Of a DNA stretch of 64,000 nt, positions 57,214-64,000 are shown piece after piece. Every line of letters starts with the position of its first letter. Within the stretch, counting starts at the first letter, position 1. Made by a program: the position numbers and the translations under genes. The stretch is from Eledone cirrhosa (lineage: Eukaryota): contig OZ024740.1 of assembly GCA_964016885.1 (NCBI GenBank), forward strand, positions 106,144,001-106,208,000, read 5' to 3'. The notes beneath the pieces were generated by a model, which saw only the letters and a list, made by a program, of their open reading frames with translations, ran no database searches and was not told where the DNA came from.

Positions 57214-59585
57214 CTAGCAGAAGTGCCCGGCGTTGCTCGGAGTTTAATTGCTTTAAAGTACTTTTAATGATTCCACTCAATTATGATTATTTAGGCATTG
57301 AAAGTAAATACGGGTAAGTTTGAAAATAAACAACAATAGCATCTACTCACCATATGTCAGACCGGCAAGACTGTTGTGGTGCTGAATAGAGGAGTCACAA
57401 CACCTCTATGTAGACCACATTTTTTGTTCTGCCTTTGGGCGCAAGTATGAATAATTTCTGCTTGCACCCCACTCTTGAGCATGCGACGTATAATTGGCCG
57501 TGTGAGAAGTACGGCTGGGCTAAATGGAGGCCTGCCGCTGATAGCGTTTGGCCTTGGGACTTGTTGATTGACATCGCGAAACAAAGTTTAACGGGGAATT
57601 GAAGTCGGCGCAGAGTACAGGAGCATTCCGTACCTGATGGAGTTAATGGTGTTCTAGGTATGAAGACGTTTTCTCCAGCGGCGCAGCCCGTCAGAATTGG
57701 GGCTTCAATTACATGCGGTAGGATGTTTCTTACCACTAACCGTGTTCCGTTGCAGAGACGTGGTGGTTCCAGGTTCCTCAACAGCATCACTGGAGTCCCA
57801 ACTTTGACGCGCAGTTCATGAGGTGGCAGTCCAGAGAGGTCCAAGGAATTGAAGAATTCTGTGTGAAAATCGTCAACCTCATCTTTGTCCACAACTTTGT
57901 CCACAGATTTGTAGGTACGGAAGTTTCCAGGAATGCGTTACAGAAGGTCCTCATTGATTTTTGCAACAGAGATATTTTTTGGAGCCAATATGGCTCTATC
58001 GCACAGCCAACTCGTGTTTTTGTAGTTGATGGCCATATCGGGAAAGACAGAGACTATGAGATCGTCAACAGTGTCGACAACGGTGACTACTTGCGAGACT
58101 GCCATTTCTCCAGCTGCATCTGAAGGTGCAGTGCCGTCACCAACTGTTAAGAGGTCTTTGAGAAGTCGGCTGATGAGTGGTCGCTGAGCAGTTGGGCTCT
58201 CATGTTTGTTGTGAGGGTCAGAATTGTCACTTCCTGCCACATGGGAGATGACTTAACGCAAGCCCCCACAGTGTCGGTCGTGGCGGCTTTTGGAACAACT
58301 GAAAGAGTTTCTCGAAAAATCGCCAGACAGCAGTAAAGGTACTCCTCCCATCGGCCGGTTGCATTCCCTGATGTCTCCTCGACGGGTTGTCCTTTCACCC
58401 TTCTTAACCAAATTCTGTTGTCTGTGTTCCATGTGTAGTATGATGGCAGCTGAGAGTAGAAGACGGTCTTGGCGAAGGGATCGTTTCGGCATAACTTAAA
58501 AAATGCCGTAAGTGTGGTGTCCTTGGGTTCCTCTGCTATTTCAGCAGCGGTGGAGGCGGTGAAGTAGACTCTTTGACCGTTTTCAAGCTGCTCCACCAAC
58601 TATTTAAATAATAGGTCAAACCTGTAAGCCAAGCCCGTCTGAGTTATAGCACAAAAGAGCGTAAACAGGGGCGATATTTTGGAGCACACTGGAAAATAAA
58701 TCATCGAAATCGGAGGTTCCCGAAAAAAGTTTTCTCATTATTTTTTTGTCTCATATTGCGAAAAAACAAAGAAAAAAAATTACAAAAAGAACAACAATAA
58801 AATATAATGTCTTTGTTGAGATTCAAGTAAATGAATGCTTAAGCGTCGTTATGATTACGTTTGTTGTTTTATAAATTCATCAGTTGCTTTTGAATAGTTG
58901 TTATTTGATGTAAAATGTAAGTGTGTAACATGTAACGTTGAGAGATTCGCGTTCCTGAACGAAGAGGGGGAATGATCTAGTATAGAGAGAGGGAAGAGCG
59001 ACGGAGAGAGTAAAGCTAAGAAACCATAAGGGGGTGTGTTAAACCTCGAAGCATGAAGAGAGTAAAGCAGTTATATTATAGAGAGGGGGAATAATCTATT
59101 TTAGAGAGAGGGAAGAGCGACGGAGAGAGTAAAGCTATGTTTGTTGTATAAATTGATGTGTTACTTAATTTTCAAAGTTTGTGTCGCGTTCCTTGAAAAG
59201 AAGTTTTGTCGCTGTTGTAAATTGTAATGGTGATGCAGTAGTAGACGGAGGCAGTAACCTTTTAAAGAGAGTTGCAGAGGAGATTGAGAGTGGAGTAGAG
59301 GGAGGAATAAACCTTTTAAAGAGAGTTGCAACATGTATGTAGTTTCATAGATTGTTGATGGTAGTAGACAGAGTGTAAGAGAGAGGGTTACAGCATGTAT
59401 TTAGTTTTACCGATTTTTTTTCATAGAAGCAGGAATCTTTTGGCAAAGTTTATTGCGCGTTGACCATCCTTGGTAAATTTGGAGCACATTGGAAAAAAAA
59501 TCATCAAAATCAGTATAGAAATGTGGAAATGCATAAAATTATACACACACAGAGACAGACATCTTCCGTGTTATATATATATAGA
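57214..59585 (-). mobile_element. Internally deleted Helitron with Rep/helicase remnants
   Basis: 5' TCtatatatatataacac at 59585; 3' ccgagcaacgccgggc..CTAG at 57214; lies between A and T. Confidence 0.9.
57395..58599 (-). pseudogene. Helitron Pif1-family helicase, C-terminal fragments
   Basis: TTLTAFF, LLSGDF, RAILAPKN, VMLLRNL, LCNGTRL, RLQFPVKLCFAMSINKSQGQTL, FSHGQLYVACSRV, TKNVVY. Confidence 0.92.
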
Positions 59586-60443
59586 TATAGATATATATAA
59601 TTAACGGAAATGAGTTTATGCATATCTAGGAAATGGTATCTTTCTAGGAGGATAGCAATCAACAGATTGAATAAATATGTATAATATGTATCCCGAACAA
59701 AAGTTACTGGAATGATTTCAAGGACAATTCAAGAAAATATAAGGAAATGCTATCGTCAATCTTTATGTCAAACAATGAAACTAAGTCTCTGTACAGTTAG
59801 AGATGTGCGTTTATCAGAACGGAAAGTGCAAAAGTGAGGTGACATATTATGAGTGTCTAGATAAAGGGAACTAATTGCAAATGGTACGGAAGTAATTTAG
59901 TAATATATGAGAAATTATATTTTAGACACATCGTTTGAGATAACGTTCTCCCGAAGGTGATAGGCGAATTGTCCTATCTATATAGATATTATATCAAACA
60001 GTGGAATAATTTCCTATAATTGGAGAAAAATGTTGGCGCTTCTAATGCATATATTCAAATACATATTATTTTAAGTGGAATGATAGGGATTCATTGGTAG
60101 TGACGTAGAATAGATAAATTCCATACCAAGAGAACTACTGAAATGGTTTTATAAAGGAATTGATTTAAATAGTCTAATAAAACAAAATCAAAAAATAACG
60201 TGTTTTGTGATATGCATATAATATTTACATACATACATATATATATATTTATAATTTTCAAATATATTTATCAACGTAGACTGTATATTTACTAAATATA
60301 CAGTCTACGATGATAAATAGATTTGAGAAAGTATATGAGGATGACGATAATAGTCTGTGATGATTTCAACGAATGAAACAAATCTAATCCTGTATAAGTC
60401 ATTTCTCCCAATAAAATAAAGATGCCTTTACTCTACCAATGTA

Positions 60444-60502
<59 letters not shown>

Positions 60503-60955
60503 ATATAATTGAATAAACAAGAGAGATGAACACTAATATAAACATACATATGTTCGAATCGTAAGGACCAAATTTGCTAGGGTGAAAAAATACTAACTAC
60601 AGCAATATGGTTTGTTATCCTTAACTTTAAATATTAAATTAAGAAAAATAAAGAAAAATAACAGACCTATATTGGGCAAAACGCCTGGTAACAACTAGAG
60701 AGTATTGTCTAGTTGTTACCAGGCGTTTTGCCCAATATAAGTCAGTTATTTTTCTTAATTTAAAGTTAAGGATAACAAACCCTATTGCTGTAGTTAGTAT
60801 TTTTTCACCCTAGCAAATTTGGTCCTTACGATTCGAACACATGTATGTTTATATTAGTGTTCATCTCTCTTGTTTATTCAATTATATTGTACGGCTCGGG
60901 AAAGCTTTTTTCTTAGAGCTATTTAATTGTAAGGGACTACTCTGAGTTCTTAACT

Positions 60956-60958
<3 letters not shown>
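60503..60958 (+). mobile_element. Fold-back element with ~200-bp arms followed by a 3' half-hammerhead
   Basis: 60505-60697 is inverted relative to 60706-60886; then ctcgg-GAA-AGCT..AGCT-A-tttaat. Confidence 0.7.
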
Positions 60959-61025
<67 letters not shown>

Positions 61026-61101
61026 TATATATATAAACATATATATATATATAAACATATATATATATATATAAACATATATATATAAACATATATATAT
61101 A

Positions 61102-61149
<48 letters not shown>

Positions 61150-61260
61150 TATATATATATATATAAACATATATATATATATATATAAACATATATATAT
61201 ATATAAACATATATATATATAAACAAATATATATATATATAAACATATATATATATAAAC

Positions 61261-61297
<37 letters not shown>

Positions 61298-61424
61298 AAC
61301 ATATATACATATATATATATATATATATAAACATATATATATATATATATAAACATATATATATATATAAACATATATATATATAAACAAATATATATAT
61401 ATATAAACATATATATATATAAAC

Positions 61425-61461
<37 letters not shown>

Positions 61462-61625
61462 AACATATATACATATATATATATACATATATATATATAA
61501 ACATAAACATATATATATATATATATAAACGTATATATATATATATATATATATAAACATATATATATACATAATATATATATATATATATAAACATATA
61601 TATATATACATAACATATACATACA
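60959..61625. repeat. (TA)n microsatellite with periodic AAAC interruptions
   Basis: Repeating aaacatatatatat. Confidence 0.92.
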
Positions 61626-61734
61626 TTTGAATAATATCCCCAACCATATATATATGTATCGAAAGTCGATATTAAATATATATATATGTAATCGACTTTC
61701 CCCTACCCTTCAAATTGCTGACCTTGTGCCCAAA

Positions 61735-62152
61735 AGGGTGGTAGATTAGCACTATCGGAAGAGCATGGGAAAAAATCTTTGCGGCATATAGTTACGACCC
61801 TCTATGTTTTGAGCTCAAATTCAGCCGAGGTTAACTTTGCCTTTTATCCTCACCGAATCAATCAAATAAAGTACTAGTAATGCACTGAAATCGATTCAAT
61901 CGACTTTCCCCTTCCCAAAATATTGTTGGCCTAAATCAGAAACTATTATTATTAGGTAGGGCGGTGGATTGGCAGTATCAGTAGAGAGTCGAACGCCATG
62001 CTTTGACGCATAGAGTTACGGCCCATGGCATTCTGAGTTCAAATCCCGCCGAGGTTAACTTTGCCTTTCATCCTTACGGGGTCGATAAAATAAAGTACCA
62101 GTAATGCACTGGGTATTTGCTGGCCTTGTGCCAAAAGTAGAAACAATTATTA
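61735..62152 (+). mobile_element. Two tandem tRNA-derived SINEs (older 61735-61950, young 61958-62152)
   Basis: Both match the SINE consensus seen at 2800 and 35313. Confidence 0.82.
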
Positions 62153-62754
62153 TTAGGGAGAGGTATTTACAAGGGACAGTTTCTACTTACCCAAGTACTT
62201 TACCAAGGGTATTGAGGAGAATGACACGACCTTTTTCCATAAATTCTGTCACAAATGATCAGCAGCTGTGATTTGCTGTTTATGGTATCTTGACTACGGT
62301 GATGACGTTGTGATTAACACTGTTGAATAAATGTCAACTATAATGTTGATCATATTTTTGTTAAGCTCTGTAATGTAACCGAACAGTTGTCAGTTATACA
62401 ATACCCCCACAGTTTACGTATTTACAGCCAAGTAAACTTGGCTAACCAGAACCAATTATCCTGGTCGTAGACTAACTCCAGAATATTAGAAGAGGTAACA
62501 CATTTCCAGACTAATCATATCAATAATGTAAGCAGGTACGTGGTGCAAGACACAAACAAGGTGACTTACCCTGCAGAACAGAATGTAACGTCAAGTAACC
62601 GTTAGCATGTAGAAAAAACATTACAGCTACTTCACTTATGTGAGTCAAACCTCTATGAGGTCGTTTGAACTTCTAGAAATAGCAGTCAAATAAGCGAAAC
62701 CTTACCGTCTTGAAGGAGAAAGAGACATTGAATAATATATTCCTACATACGCGA

Positions 62755-63134
62755 TGGTTATGGCTGGAATAGTTTTCACTATAGGTGTAGTCGATTATAT
62801 TTGATCTGAGGCTAAATGACATTTATATTGAGGTTTAAGCACTACGCGTAAGTCAGCCCTAATTAAGCAGATCTATAATCAAAGATATTCCACCTCAACT
62901 TAGCAATAGTGTTGGCGTGTTGCCCTTTCCGTTCTTCATATAATAACAGTATAACATATAATTAGATACGGGAAGGTCACATTTGTCCTGAAGCCAAATA
63001 ACATAACTTCATTTATGTTGTGGTATAAGCACCAAGTCAGTGTTGATTAAATACACCTATAATCAAAGACATTTCAGCCGTGGCCACCTCAAATATTGTG
63101 TAACGTAGCCTCGAGGCTACGTTACACAATATTT
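62755..63134. mobile_element. Cluster of MITE-like arm remnants with a 44-bp palindrome
   Basis: Arms related to 3517-3590; perfect palindrome at 63091-63134. Confidence 0.5.
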
Positions 63135-63719
63135 TGTTTAAGATGGTAAGGTATGAACTGGCGGAGATTAGACTTCTATTTCTAGAAGGTCAAACAATTG
63201 TCTTAGTAAGCCAATGTTGCCGAGTTAGCTCACTTGTGCTGTTGCTTGTGATGTTAGAAACGACATGAACGTCACAACGCAACGCGACATGATTAAATAC
63301 TACAGCAGATGAATTTATGGTTCTTTCGCCATATCGAAATATATCAATACAATAAGTAAACAAGTGACCGAGAGAAAAGCAAATAATAAAATCTAAATGA
63401 ATAAAAACATAAAATGTAAACAACAAAAAAACATAAGAAACGTAAAAAAGGAAATGAGAGCAACAGACATAAAGACAAACACAGGCAAATAGAGAAGTCT
63501 CTTCCACCTACACATACACCCGCACACAGCAACTAACACACGCGCAAACATACACATACGTGCGCACACATGCACACGGAGGGAAAGACTAACACACACA
63601 CACGAACATTGAGACTAAAACACATACACTCACATACACACCAACATTATCACTGTTAAACATAACTATTTTATTGGAAGGTCGAACACATGATAACAAT
63701 ATATCAATGCTGTGAGTTT

Positions 63720-63803
<84 letters not shown>

Positions 63804-63929
63804 ACTATCTGTCTATCTCTTTCTCTCTCACTCTCTCTCTATATATATATGTATCTCTCTATCTCTCTTTCTTTCTCTCTCTTTCTTTCTCTCTCTCTCT
63901 TTCTTTCTCTCTCTCTCTCTCTCTCTCTC
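63720..63929. repeat. (CT)n microsatellite
   Basis: Direct CT runs. Confidence 0.95.
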
Positions 63930-64000
63930 GCCCTCAAAGGGAAAATAGAAGCTTTACAAACAAGGAGCATCTAAGCAACAAAGTATACAATGAAATAGAA

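Noticed and set aside
62190-62535. Candidate host exons (AG..GT bounded, one of 108 nt)
   Set aside because: Stop codons in all three frames of the candidates tested and no recognisable protein
63190-63507. 105-aa minus-strand ORF as a terminal exon
   Set aside because: Mostly T-rich low complexity with no motif; cannot be supported without RNA data

Overview
AT-rich eukaryotic, animal-type DNA made almost entirely of transposon remnants and (TA)n/(CA)n/(GA)n microsatellites. The repeat style suggests a cephalopod such as octopus, but that is inference. No host protein-coding gene, rRNA, true tRNA or CRISPR array can be supported. The window holds five large Penelope-like retroelements (PLEs; RT plus GIY-YIG endonuclease) of three apparent clades: one Neptune-type, three Penelope/Poseidon-type and one Naiad-type. 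It also holds a near full-length RTE-type LINE, two RTE fragments, a CRE-type non-LTR 3' fragment, a Gypsy pol fragment, two Helitrons, tRNA-derived SINEs, a MITE and minisatellites. The most striking signal is non-coding: about ten distinct families of type I hammerhead ribozyme (HHR) motifs, read by eye. Some lie in PLE pseudo-LTRs, some in short ORF-less fold-back elements, and one in a ~420-430 bp head-to-tail non-coding unit that looks like a retrozyme. Several have unusual cores (U3-A8 with GCAA, U4A, a recurrent U-U mismatch closing helix II). A TTGAG(C/T)(A/G)CT motif recurs downstream of the ribozyme in unrelated families. All RNA folds and family assignments were made manually and need computational confirmation.
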